DNA from: Burkholderiales bacterium | Lineage (GTDB): Bacteria > Pseudomonadota > Gammaproteobacteria > Burkholderiales > SG8-39 | DNA: 64,000 nt | Direction: 5' to 3' | Assembly (NCBI GenBank): GCA_025458245.1 | Contig: JALOSW010000002.1 | Span: forward strand, 4,361-68,360 | Shown here: positions 9,734-19,555 of the stretch, piece by piece | How the letters are laid out: every line of letters starts with the position of its first letter | Position numbering within the stretch: position 1 is the stretch's first letter | Notes under the pieces: generated by a model | What the model was told of the DNA's origin: nothing | What the model saw: only the letters and a program-made list of their open reading frames with translations | Database searches by the model: none | Made by a program: the position numbers and the translations under genes

Positions 9734-11424
9734 GCCGCGGCCTCCGCGTGCTCGACGACGAGCTGCACGCTCTGCGCGCCGTTCCACTCGTCGATGGCGA
9801 GGCGGTACGCGGCGCGGACGCGCGCGGGGAGCGGCGCCTCGCGCCGGAAGTGGATGGCCGACAGGCTGCGGCCGTCCTTGGCGAGCTTGAGCTTGAGGTG
9901 CTTCTCGCCGACCAGGCGTTGGCTCTCGACGACGAATTCGTCGGCGAACAGCGGCTGCGGGAACCCCTGGCCCCATACCGGCTCGTCGAGCATTCGCACC
10001 GTGTCGAGATTGAAATAAGCGGCATCGAGCGGGCCGTCGGTCTCGAGGGTGCGGCGGAAGAGTTCGGGCCCGGCCAATTCGCGCGCGACCCCCTCGAACG
10101 CGTCGCGGAAGCGCGCGAGGTCCGCTGCTGCGAGGGTGAGGCCCGCCGCCGCCGCGTGGCCGCCGAAGCGGCGGATGAGGCCCGGGTCGCGCTTGGACAC
10201 GAGATCGAGCGCGTCGCGCAGGTGGAACCCCGGAATCGAGCGGCCCGAGCCGCGCAGCTCGCCGCCGTCGCTCGGCGCGAACGCGAACGTCGGACGATGC
10301 GTGCGCTCGCGGATGCGCGAGGCGAGGATGCCCACCACGCCCTGATGCCAACCGGGATCGAAGAGCGCGACGCTCGCGCGGCGCTCGACGTCGAGGTCGG
10401 CGAGCAGCCCCTCCGCCGATTCGATCATGCCGCTCTCGATGTCGCGCCGTTCGCGATTGAGGTCGTCGAGCTGCCGGGCGATGGCGAGCGCCCGCTCCAT
10501 GTTTTCGGTGACGAGACACTCGATGCCGAGGCTCATGTCCGCGAGCCGCCCCGCGGCGTTGAGGCGCGGCCCCAGCGCGAAGCCGAGGTCGAAGGCGGTC
10601 GCGCGGCGCGCGTCGCGCCCCGCCACGGCGAAGAGCGCCGCGATGCCGGGCTGCATGCGCCCGGCGCGGATGCGCCGCAGGCCCTGCGACACGAGCACGC
10701 GATTGTTCGCGTCGAGCCGCACGACGTCGGCCACCGTGCCGAGCGCCACGAGGTCGAGCAGTGCCGCGAGGTTGGGCTCGGGGCGATCGGCGAAGGCGTT
10801 GCGGCGGCGCAGCTCGGCGCGCAGCGCGAGCATGACGTAGAACATGACGCCGACGCCCGCGATCGCCTTGGATGGGAACGCGTCGCCCGGCTGGTTCGGG
10901 TTCACGATCACCGTCGCCGCGGGCAGCGTCTCGCCCGGCAGGTGGTGATCGGTGATCACGGTCGCGATGCCGAGCGCGCTCGCTGCCGCCACGCCGTCGA
11001 CGCTCGCGATGCCGTTGTCCACCGTGACGATCACGTCCGGCCGTCGCGCGGCGGCGAGCGCGACCAGCTCCGGGGTGAGCCCGTAGCCGAGGACGAAGCG
11101 ATCCGGCACCAGGTATTCCACCGTCGCCCCGAACGCCGCGAGTGCGCGCATCCCCACCGCACAGGCGGTGGCCCCGTCGCAGTCGTAGTCGGCGACGATG
11201 AGAAGACGCTTCGCTGCAGCAATGGCGTCGGCGAGAAAGCGGGCCGCGGCGTCGGCGTTGCGGAGTTGCCCGGGCGGAACGAGGCGCTCGAGCGCGATGT
11301 CCACCTCGGCCGCGCTGCCCACGCCGCGCGCGGCATAGAGCCGCGAGAGCAGGGGATGCACCCCCTCGCGCACGAGACGCTGCTCGAGGACGAGGGGTGC
11401 CTTGCGGACCGTGAGCCGGGTCAT
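9730..11424 (-). CDS. recJ: single-stranded-DNA-specific exonuclease RecJ
   Basis: ORF 9730..11772, likely start MTRLTVRKAP at 11424. DHH motifs (IVADYDCDGATA, VTVDNGI, VITDHH) and DHHA1 (GGHAAAAG). Confidence 0.95.
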   Translation of the reverse strand: MTRLTVRKAPLVLEQRLVREGVHPLLSRLYAARGVGSAAEVDIALERLVPPGQLRNADAAARFLADAIAAAKRLLIVADYDCDGATACAVGMRALAAFGATVEYLVPDRFVLGYGLTPELVALAAARRPDVIVTVDNGIASVDGVAAASALGIATVITDHHLPGETLPAATVIVNPNQPGDAFPSKAIAGVGVMFYVMLALRAELRRRNAFADRPEPNLAALLDLVALGTVADVVRLDANNRVLVSQGLRRIRAGRMQPGIAALFAVAGRDARRATAFDLGFALGPRLNAAGRLADMSLGIECLVTENMERALAIARQLDDLNRERRDIESGMIESAEGLLADLDVERRASVALFDPGWHQGVVGILASRIRERTHRPTFAFAPSDGGELRGSGRSIPGFHLRDALDLVSKRDPGLIRRFGGHAAAAGLTLAAADLARFRDAFEGVARELAGPELFRRTLETDGPLDAAYFNLDTVRMLDEPVWGQGFPQPLFADEFVVESQRLVGEKHLKLKLAKDGRSLSAIHFRREAPLPARVRAAYRLAIDEWNGAQSVQLVVEHAEAAA

Positions 11425-11491
11425 GGGATCCGCGTCGGGTTCAGCCCGGCGCTCGCTGCTGCCGATTCTCGGACATGTGAGGAGCGCCCTT

Positions 11492-12541
11492 TCAGTCGTC
11501 GGGCTTGCCCGCAGCCCACGCGACATGCTCGCCGAGGCTGCGCGTGCGCCGCCAGAAGTATCGCAGGTCCTGTCGCGTCGTCTCCACGCGCAGCGAGCCG
11601 CCTTCTCCGGGCGAGGCAATCGTGAGCATCCCGACGCGGCCTTCCTTGAGCGCGGCGAGCAACGGCGCGATCCAGTTGTGCTCGATCGCGGCCAGGCGCT
11701 CCCGCCATGCGCCCGCCTCGCCGTAGGCGGCGGGGCTGCGCAGGTCGTCGAGCACGACGAGCGCGACGCCATCGCGTGGCGCTTGCGCGAGAAGCGTGGC
11801 GCCGGATGCGGGCAGGCTGCCGAGCGCCGCCCGCGACGCGATCGCCAGGCCGCGCGCGAGGGGCTCGTTCGCGTAGACGTGCACGTCGCTGCCGGGCGCC
11901 ACGGGTGCGATCCGCCCCGCGCCCCAGAGCCAGATGCTGTTGACGGCCGGCGCGCCCCGGCTTTCGCGCGCGGCGTTCACCGGATCGGCGTGCAGGAGCA
12001 TCTGCGCCTCGTTCGCGATGCCGTGCCACTTGACGGCGTCCGCACCGATCGCGAGTTCCATCGAGACGGCGCGTCCGCGCGCATGGGGAAGCGGCGTCGT
12101 CGTGAGCCGCGGCAGCGCGCTCAGGCGCAGGTACCACCGGTCGGGTCGCACCGGAAAGAAAACCAGGCCGTCCGCCGCGAAGTGCCGGTTGAGCGACTCG
12201 GCGAGCTGCTCGGCCTCGGCGCGATCGATCGCGAACGTGGCCGCGTCGGCGAGCAGCAGCGCCTCGCGCGCGACCTGCACGTGCACGGGATCGGCGCGCA
12301 TCCACGCGTCCGCACCGGGGTCGCCGCCGTCCGCGAGCAAAGTGTAGGGCGCCACGGGGAGTTCGTCGCCGAGCGCCACGCCGAACTCGGCAAGCAGCCA
12401 GCCCTCGAGCGTTTCGGCGGGGGCCGACGTGCGCCGACCCTTCGCGAGCAGATGCTCGAGGGCGGGCGCCGGAAGGTCGTCGTAGACCCCGGAAACCTCG
12501 CCGGGCCACACGAGATCCGGAATGACGAGACGGACGTTCAT
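11492..12541 (-). CDS. conserved hypothetical protein (resembles the family often labelled RpfE-type regulatory / phosphoglycerate-mutase-like)
   Basis: 349-aa ORF with strong third-position GC bias and a non-repetitive acidic composition. The family assignment is from memory only. Confidence 0.55.
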   Translation of the reverse strand: MNVRLVIPDLVWPGEVSGVYDDLPAPALEHLLAKGRRTSAPAETLEGWLLAEFGVALGDELPVAPYTLLADGGDPGADAWMRADPVHVQVAREALLLADAATFAIDRAEAEQLAESLNRHFAADGLVFFPVRPDRWYLRLSALPRLTTTPLPHARGRAVSMELAIGADAVKWHGIANEAQMLLHADPVNAARESRGAPAVNSIWLWGAGRIAPVAPGSDVHVYANEPLARGLAIASRAALGSLPASGATLLAQAPRDGVALVVLDDLRSPAAYGEAGAWRERLAAIEHNWIAPLLAALKEGRVGMLTIASPGEGGSLRVETTRQDLRYFWRRTRSLGEHVAWAAGKPDD

Positions 12542-12663
12542 GCTGTCGATTCCAGTCTAGCATGCGGCCCGCACGACGGAACCCTGCGCGGGCCTGCCGC
12601 CGGCGTCGCGCCTATCGCCGCGGCCCTTGTGGGACAATCCCGCCCAAGGAATCCGCCCGCCAC

Positions 12664-13905
12664 GTGCCGTACGAGCTCTTCATCGGCCTGCGCTACACCC
12701 GCGCAAAGCGCCGCAACCATTTCATCTCGTTCATTTCGCTCATCTCGATGCTCGGCATCGCGCTCGGCGTCGCGGCGCTGATCGTCGTGCTCTCGGTGAT
12801 GAACGGGTTCCAGAAAGAGCTGCGCGCGCGCATTCTCGGCGTCGCGTCGCACGTCCAGATCACCGGGCCGGACAACCAGCTCGCGGACTGGCAGCGCGTG
12901 GCGCGGGACGCGCTCGCGGCGCGGGGCGTGGTCGCGGCGGCGCCGTACGTGAACGCGCAGGGCCTGCTCGCGAACGAAGGCAACGTCCGGGGTGCGATCG
13001 TGCGCGGCATCGTGCCGGGCCGCGAGGACCAGGTCGCCGACATCGGGCAGCACATGCTCGCGGGCTCGCTCGACCGCCTCGTGCCGGGAGAGTTCGGCGT
13101 CGTGCTCGGCTCGGATCTCGCGCGCGCGCTGCGTGTCGTGCCTGGCGAGAAGGTCACGCTGATCGCGCCGCAGGGTCTCGTCACGCCCGCGGGCCTGGTG
13201 CCGCGGCTCAAGCAGTTCCGGGTCGTCGGCATCTTCGAGGTGGGCATGTTCGAGTACGACTCGGGGCTCGCGCTCGTGAGCATCGAGGACGCGCAGAAGC
13301 TCTTTCAGCTCGGCGACCGCGTCTCGGGTGTGCGGCTCAAGCTCGAGGATCTGTTCCAGTCGCGCCAGGTCGCGCGCGAGCTCTACAAGGTGCTGGGTAG
13401 CGACGTGGCGATCAGCGACTGGACGCGCAGCCACGCGAATTTCTTCCGCGCGGTCGAGATCGAGAAGCGCGTGATGTTCATCATCCTCACGCTGATCGTC
13501 GCGGTCGCGGCGTTCAACATCGTCTCGACGCTCGTGATGGTGGTGACCGACAAGCAGGCCGACATCGCGATCCTGCGCACGCTCGGCGCGACGCCCGCGT
13601 CGATCATGGGAATCTTCCTCGTGCAGGGTGCGCTGATCGGGGTGATCGGCACGCTGCTCGGCGTCGCGGGCGGCGTGGCGCTCGCGCTCAACATCGACGT
13701 CGTGGTGCCGTTCCTCGAACGGCTCCTCAACGTCCAGTTCCTCGCCAAGGACGTCTACTACATCAGCGAGCTGCCTTCCGATCTGCAGCGGGGCGACGTC
13801 CTCACCATCGCCGGCATGGCGCTCGTGCTCGCGTTCCTCGCGGGCCTCTACCCGAGCTGGCGTGCAGCACGGGTGCGTCCCGCGGAGGCGCTGCGCTATG
13901 AATGA
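12664..13905 (+). CDS. lolC: lipoprotein-releasing system transmembrane subunit LolC/E
   Basis: ORF 12562..13905. GTG at 12664 gives (M)[48 protein letters not shown], the canonical LolC/E N-terminus. FtsX-type C-terminal domain. Confidence 0.9.
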   Translation: MPYELFIGLRYTRAKRRNHFISFISLISMLGIALGVAALIVVLSVMNGFQKELRARILGVASHVQITGPDNQLADWQRVARDALAARGVVAAAPYVNAQGLLANEGNVRGAIVRGIVPGREDQVADIGQHMLAGSLDRLVPGEFGVVLGSDLARALRVVPGEKVTLIAPQGLVTPAGLVPRLKQFRVVGIFEVGMFEYDSGLALVSIEDAQKLFQLGDRVSGVRLKLEDLFQSRQVARELYKVLGSDVAISDWTRSHANFFRAVEIEKRVMFIILTLIVAVAAFNIVSTLVMVVTDKQADIAILRTLGATPASIMGIFLVQGALIGVIGTLLGVAGGVALALNIDVVVPFLERLLNVQFLAKDVYYISELPSDLQRGDVLTIAGMALVLAFLAGLYPSWRAARVRPAEALRYE

Positions 13906-14657
13906 CGGGACGACGCGCGGTGGCTGAGGTCCATGACGCACGCCGGGGCGGCGCGGGCGATGGCGCGGAGCAGCCGACCGTGCTCGCCTGCCGCGGGCTC
14001 GCGAAAACCTATTCGCAGGGGCCGCTCCACGTGCCGGTGCTCCTCGGCGTCGACTTCGCGGTAAGGCGCGGCGAGGTCGTGGCCATCGTCGGTGCGTCCG
14101 GCTCGGGCAAGAGCACGCTGCTGCATCTGCTCGGCGGGCTCGACGAGCCGACCGCCGGCGAGGTGGAAGTGCTCGGCCGGCGCATGAGCGCGCTTTCGGA
14201 CGCCGAGCGCGGACGGTTGCGCAACGAGGCGCTCGGCTTCGTGTACCAGTTTCACCACCTGCTCATGGAGTTCACGGCGCTCGACAACGTGGCGATGCCG
14301 CTTCTGGTGCGGCGCATGCCGCGGGCCGAGGCGCGTGAACGGGCGGCTGCGATGCTCTCCGAGGTCGGCCTCGGCGCGCGCCTCGAGCACATGCCGGGCG
14401 AGCTCTCCGGCGGCGAGCGGCAGCGGACCGCGCTCGCGCGCGCGCTCGTGACGCGGCCGGCGTGCGTCCTCGCCGACGAGCCGACCGGCAACCTCGACCG
14501 TCACACCGCGGCGGGGGTCTACGAGCTGATGCTCGGGCTGAATCGCGGCATCGGCACGAGCTTCGTCATCGTGACCCACGACCCGACGCTCGCGGCGCGC
14601 ACCGACCGCGTGCTGCGCATCACCGACGGGCGGATCCAGCCCGACGCCGGGGCTTGA
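13902..14657 (+). CDS. lolD: lipoprotein-releasing ABC transporter ATP-binding protein LolD
   Basis: Walker [10 protein letters not shown], signature LSGGERQR, Walker [12 protein letters not shown]. The start overlaps the lolC stop (ATGA). Confidence 0.93.
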   Translation: MTGRRAVAEVHDARRGGAGDGAEQPTVLACRGLAKTYSQGPLHVPVLLGVDFAVRRGEVVAIVGASGSGKSTLLHLLGGLDEPTAGEVEVLGRRMSALSDAERGRLRNEALGFVYQFHHLLMEFTALDNVAMPLLVRRMPRAEARERAAAMLSEVGLGARLEHMPGELSGGERQRTALARALVTRPACVLADEPTGNLDRHTAAGVYELMLGLNRGIGTSFVIVTHDPTLAARTDRVLRITDGRIQPDAGA

Positions 14658-14675
14658 GCGGGCGTCGCCGCGCGC

Positions 14676-15695
14676 TCAGGAGAGCCGCGCCTCGATGCGG
14701 CGCCGGCCCTCGGGCGTGGTCATGAACACGAGCGTGTCGCCGGCCACCAGCGTCTGGTCGTCGGGCGGGTTGAACCGCCACTTCCCGGCGCTCCGGATCG
14801 CGAGGAGCAGGTAGTCCGCGCCGCGCGCCCCGAGCGCCCCGCAGGACGAGCCGGCCAGCTGCGCCGGCACGACGAGTTCTTCCACGCGCAGCGCCTCCTC
14901 GGAGCGCAGCATCTCGTCGAGGAACGAGACGACCTTGGGGCGGAGCATCGACGAGGCGATGCGCATGCCGCCGGTGAAGTCGGGCGAGACGATCGCGTCG
15001 GCGCCGACGCGGCGCATCTTCTCCGTGTAGCTCACGTCGTGACAGCGCGCGACCACGCGCGCGTCCGGGTTGAGCTGCTTCACCGACAGCGTGATCACCA
15101 GGTTCTTCGCGTCGTCGCCGGTAATCGCGAACACGCCGGCGGCGCGGGCTACGCCGGCGTCGGCGAGCACCTGGTCCTCGGCCGCGTCGCCGTGCAGCCA
15201 GAGCGTATCGGAGTAGCGGTCGCGGAACGCGTCGATCTTCGCCTGGGCGACATCCACGATCACGTGCCGCCGGCCCGTCAGGGTGAGCTCCTGCGCGACG
15301 TTCGTGCCGACGCGGCCGATGCCGCACACGATGTAGTGGCCGGAGAGCTTCTCGATCGCCTTCAGCATCCTGCGCCTCCTCAGCGGAACGTTGATCTCGC
15401 CCTCGACGATGAAGGCGGTCATGGTGGAGAAGATGTACCAGGTCGTCGCGATTCCGGCGAAACCGATCACCATGGTGAAGAGTCGCCCGACCGGGTCGTC
15501 GTCGAGGCTGATGACCTCGGCGTAGCCGATCGTGGCCACGGTGATGAACGTCATGTAGAGCGCGTCGAGCCTGGGGTCCTGGGGGCCGCCGATGATCTTG
15601 TAGCCGACGGTGCCGACGACGTGGATCCCGACGAGCACCGCGAGCGGCTTGGCGAAGCGCCTGCGCAGGCGCTCGATGATGATCGGCGTCGTCAT
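14676..15695 (-). CDS. 2-TM potassium-channel-like protein with RCK (TrkA-N/TrkA-C) domains
   Basis: Last 339 aa of ORF 14676..16256, start MTTPIIIERL. Pore region ALYMTFITVATIGYAEV, Rossmann HYIVCGIGRVG, C-terminal TrkA-C-like segment. Confidence 0.85.
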   Translation of the reverse strand: MTTPIIIERLRRRFAKPLAVLVGIHVVGTVGYKIIGGPQDPRLDALYMTFITVATIGYAEVISLDDDPVGRLFTMVIGFAGIATTWYIFSTMTAFIVEGEINVPLRRRRMLKAIEKLSGHYIVCGIGRVGTNVAQELTLTGRRHVIVDVAQAKIDAFRDRYSDTLWLHGDAAEDQVLADAGVARAAGVFAITGDDAKNLVITLSVKQLNPDARVVARCHDVSYTEKMRRVGADAIVSPDFTGGMRIASSMLRPKVVSFLDEMLRSEEALRVEELVVPAQLAGSSCGALGARGADYLLLAIRSAGKWRFNPPDDQTLVAGDTLVFMTTPEGRRRIEARLS

Positions 15696-16240
15696 GGGTT
15701 CCCCGCGCGCTGCCGTCGCCTGCGCCACGCGAGTGCGACGTAAGCGCGCCAGGCGACCTGCACGGCGACATAGCCGATCACTGCGAGCGACGCGGCCAGG
15801 GCGACGAGCCCCGCCATCAGGGGCTTGCCGAGCGAAAGCGCCCAATCGCCCATCCCCGCGAGCCATTCGCCGGCGTGCGCGAGGCTGAACTCGGGCGGCG
15901 CGACCACGTCGCGCGCCTGTGTGCCGGTGAGCAGCGCCCCCAGTTCGTACGCGACCAGGTACAGCGGCACGATGGTGAAGGGATTGGTATAGAGCGTGGT
16001 CACGAGGGCCACGGGGAGGTTGACGCGCAGAGGAATGGCGAGGCACGCGGCGGTGAGCATTTGCAGCGGGCCGGGCACGAGCCCGGAGAAGAGCCCCACC
16101 GCGACACCCCCAGAGACGGAGCGGCGGTTCAGGTGCCAGAGATTCGGGTGATGCAGGAAGGCGCCGAACCGGGCGACGACGCGGTTCGAGCGGACGGCCT
16201 CGTGGTCGGGGAGATACTTGCGGAAGAACTTTCGGGGCAT
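15692..16240 (-). CDS. DUF2062 domain-containing membrane protein
   Basis: 182 aa. MPRKFFRKYLPDHEAVRSNR...HPNLWHLNRRSVSGGVAVGLFSGLVPGP is the typical DUF2062 N-terminus. Its stop overlaps the channel-gene ATG (ATGA). Confidence 0.8.
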   Translation of the reverse strand: MPRKFFRKYLPDHEAVRSNRVVARFGAFLHHPNLWHLNRRSVSGGVAVGLFSGLVPGPLQMLTAACLAIPLRVNLPVALVTTLYTNPFTIVPLYLVAYELGALLTGTQARDVVAPPEFSLAHAGEWLAGMGDWALSLGKPLMAGLVALAASLAVIGYVAVQVAWRAYVALAWRRRRQRAGNP

Positions 16241-16373
16241 GATGCGTGGCCGGCAATCGCGGCCTCGGGCGCGCCCGTCGGCACGCCGACGTGTCCGCCT
16301 TCCGCGGCGCTCGCGCGTTGCTTCACGTTACGAGTTTAGCGGACTTCGGCCCTGCAGCGGCCGCCTCATCGGG

Positions 16374-18748
16374 ATGCGCCTCGCGATTCTCTGCTTCGCC
16401 GCCGCCGTGCTCGCGGTGGCTCGACTCCCCTCGCTCGCGCCGTGGGCGGCGATCGCCGCCGGGTTCACCGCTGCGCTGGCGCTCGCGCTGCTCGGAGCCC
16501 GGACAGAGGGCGCCACGCGTGCCGCGGCGGTTGCGCTGGCCGCGGCCCTCGCGGGCTTCGCCTGGGCCTCGGCCTACGGTCAGCTGCGGGTCGCGGATCG
16601 TCTGCCGGCAGCGCTCGAAGGGCGCGACCTCGTCGTCACGGGCGTGATCGCCAGCCTGCCGCAGCCGTTCGAGCGCGGCGTGCGCTTCGATCTGGACGTC
16701 GAAGCAGCGCGGCTCGCCGACGGTGCCGCGGTGCGGGTTCCGAGCCGGATCTCGCTGTCGTGGTTCAACGGCTACACGCGCGAGGACTTCCAGGCGGTGC
16801 AGCCCGTCCGCGCCGGCGAACGCTGGCGTCTCGCGGTGCGGCTCAAGCGTCCGCACGGCAACGCGAATCCGTTCGGCTTCGATTTCGAAGGCTGGCTCAC
16901 CGAGCGCGGGATCGGCGCGACGGGCTACGTGCGCGGCCGGCGTACGTCGTCGAGCGCGCCCGCGAGGACATCCGCCGGCGCTTCCTCGAGGCCCTTCCGG
17001 AGGGCCGCTACACCGGCGTGCTCGTGGCGCTCGCGATCGGCGACCAGCGCGCGATCCTCACGCAGGACTGGGACGTGTTCACGCGCACGGGCATCGGCCA
17101 CCTGATGAGCATCTCGGGACTGCACGTCACCATGATTTCGGGGCTCTTCGCCGCGCTCGTGGGCTTTGCCTGGCGCCGATCGGAACGGCTCACGCTCGCG
17201 CTGCCTGCGCGCAAGGCCGCGGCACTCGCCGCCGTCGCCGCCGCGCTCGCCTACACGCTGCTCGCCGGTTTTCAGGTCCCCGCGCAGCGGACGCTCTACA
17301 TGATCGCCGTGGTCGCGCTCGCGCTCTGGTTCGATCGGCTCGAGTCGAGTTCCCGCGTGCTCGCCGCGGCCCTCCTGATCGTGCTGCTCCTCGATCCGCT
17401 CGCGGTCACGGCTCCCGGATTCTGGCTTTCCTTCGCGGCGGTCGCGGCGATCCTCTACGTCGCGGCCGGCCGGGCAGCCGATCGGCACTGGCTCGCGGGC
17501 GCGGCGCGCACCCAGTGGGCTGTCACCCTCGGGCTCGCGCCGCTCGCGGTGGCGCTATTCCAGCAGGTGTCGATCATCTCGCCGATCGCAAACGCGATCG
17601 CCATCCCGGCGGTGAGCTTCGTGGTGACGCCGCTCGCGCTCCTCGCCACGGTGCTCCCGGCGCAGTGGCTGCTGCCGCTCGCCCACGGCGTGCTCGAGCT
17701 GATGATGGCCGGCCTCGATCGGCTGGCGCTGGTGCCGGGTGCCGTTTGGCAGCAGCACGCGCCCGTCGGTTGGGCGGTGGCGCTCGCACTCGGAGGCGCG
17801 CTCTGGATGCTCGCCCCGCGCGGCGTTCCGGCCCGGTGGGTCGGGGCGCTGCTCCTGCTGCCGCTGCTTTTGGCGCCCCCGGCGTTGCCCCGAGGCACGG
17901 CCGAGATCGCGGTGCTCGACGTGGGGCAGGGGCTCGCGGTCGTGGTGCGCACCCGTTCGTACACCATGGTCTACGACGCCGGGCCGCGCTACAGCCTGGA
18001 GGCCGATGCGGGCAATCGGGTGGTCGTGCCCTACCTGCGCGGCGCCGGCGGGACCGCAGTGGACGCACTCGTAGTGACGCACGACGACATCGATCACGCG
18101 GGCGGCGCGGCATCGGTGATGCGCGTGTTCCCGGCGTCCGCGCTCTACACCTCGGTCGACGCGGCGTCGCCGCTCGTGGCCGGTTCTGCCTCGTTCCGGC
18201 TGCCGTGCCGTGCGGGCCAGCGCTGGCGTTGGGACGACGTCGAGTTCGAAGTCCTGTACCCGGCCGACGCCGCGCATGCCGACGCGCGGCACGCCAACGA
18301 CCGCAGCTGCGTCGTGCGCGTCTCGGCCGGCGGGAAGGTCGCGCTGCTCACGGGCGATGTCGAGGAGGCTGCCGAGCGGGCGCTTCTCGCGAGCGCGTCG
18401 GGCGCCCTGCGCGCCGACATCGCGCTCGTGCCGCATCACGGCAGCCGAACCTCTTCGACCGCGGCGTTCGTGGCCGCCGTGTCGCCGCGCTTCGCGGTCG
18501 TGCCCGTGGGCTATCGCAACCGGTTCGGTCATCCCCGGCCCGACGTGCTCGACCGTTACGTCGCGGCCGGCGCACGGATTCTGCGCACCGATCGCGACGG
18601 CGCGCTGTCGTTCCGCATCGGTGCCGAGGGCGTCGCGGTCGCACGACACCGCGACGCGGCGCGCCGCTACTGGTCCGACTGGGTTCCCGGAGAAGGACGT
18701 GACTTCCTTCCCGCCGGCGCGATTGCACGGCCCGGAGCCGAGGAGTAG
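16374..18748 (+). pseudogene. comEC: ComEC/Rec2 DNA internalisation protein, reading frame broken near 16,94x
   Basis: The N-terminal (DUF4131-like) part lies in the frame of ORF 16218..17105, up to ...GWLTERGIGATGYVRG. The Competence and metallo-beta-lactamase parts (GIGHLMSISGLHVTMISG ... VTHDDIDHAGG ... VPHHGS) lie in the frame of ORF 16442..18748. Confidence 0.6.
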
Positions 18749-18822
18749 CATCGACCGGCTCATTGGCGGCGTGTCCGCTGCAGGTACTCCGCAATCCTCC
18801 CGCGCGCGCGGCGGACCCCGAC

Positions 18823-19389
18823 ATGATTCGACGCAGCTTCCTGAACGCCCTCGGCGCCGGTTTGGCGGCCGTCGCGCTCGCTCTCTGCGGCACGGCTTTC
18901 GCCTCGCCCGACACGAGCAGCGAGCCGGGCGGCGCCGACACGACGCTCGCGCGGTTCTTCGCGCTCGTCTCGGGCGGGAAGGGCGAGGCGCGCGACCGCG
19001 AGACCCTCAAGTCGCTGTTCCGCTCCGATGCGCGCTTCGTCTATACGCGCAGGGCCGACGGTCAGGACGCGGCGGCGGCGACGCTGCCCTCGCCCGAATC
19101 GTTCATCGATGTGATGGTGCCGCTATACGAACGCGTCGGCCGGCGCGAGAAGCCGCGCTGGATGCACGGCGACACCAAGGGCGATCTCGCGGTGATCCGG
19201 GTGCAGTACGAGTGGTGGGACGAGGGCCACGCGGCGCGGCCCGTGCAGGGCATGAAGTTCGTGACGCTCGTGCGCGACGGGGGCGCGTGGCGGATCGCCT
19301 TCATGGCATGGCAGGACGACGCGCCGACCGCTGAACTCGCTCCGGCGGCGACCCCCGCGCGCGCGCCGTCGGCGCAGCTTACGCGCTGA
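18823..19389 (+). CDS. secreted hypothetical protein (signal peptide; NTF2/SnoaL-like fold suspected)
   Basis: ORF 18763..19389. MIRRSFLNALGAGLAAVALALCGTAFA signal-like N-terminus. The fold guess is weak. Confidence 0.5.
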   Translation: MIRRSFLNALGAGLAAVALALCGTAFASPDTSSEPGGADTTLARFFALVSGGKGEARDRETLKSLFRSDARFVYTRRADGQDAAAATLPSPESFIDVMVPLYERVGRREKPRWMHGDTKGDLAVIRVQYEWWDEGHAARPVQGMKFVTLVRDGGAWRIAFMAWQDDAPTAELAPAATPARAPSAQLTR

Positions 19390-19555
19390 CACCCGCCGAG
19401 AGACGGCAGTCGCAGCTCCCTGGCCCTTTCCAAGCGGGCCCACGGAGTCTCGCCTGTCTCCTCCGGAGACCCGCTAGGGCCGCGAACCCGGCGCCGGGAA
19501 GCCGATTCCCGACAGCGCGCAAGCCCGGTCTCGGCGGCGGCTCCGCCTGCGCGCC

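Noticed and set aside
7986-10025. 679-aa minus-strand ORF, and similar very long ORFs (988..2025, 1997..2806, 6011..7129, 9673..11625, 12538..13941, 36495..39668, 44245..46356, 47148..49349, 49390..51552, 56987..58570, 61539..63323).
   Set aside because: All are extremely Arg/Ala/Pro/Gly-rich. They overlap, in another frame or on the other strand, genes with unmistakable family signatures (recJ, MgtC-like, P-type ATPase, phoX, ppk, ppx, carB, ftsH). They are typical stop-poor shadow frames of a roughly 70% GC genome.
12562-12663. N-terminal extension of lolC from ATG 12562.
   Set aside because: The extension is Arg/Pro-rich and would cover the divergent promoter region. GTG 12664 reproduces the conserved LolC/E N-terminus.
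16442-16930. Upstream part of ORF 16442..18748 as an independent coding region.
   Set aside because: Its translation (GGDRRRVHRCAGARAARSPDRGRHACRGG...) is shadow-like, while the overlapping frame encodes the hydrophobic ComEC N-terminal domain.
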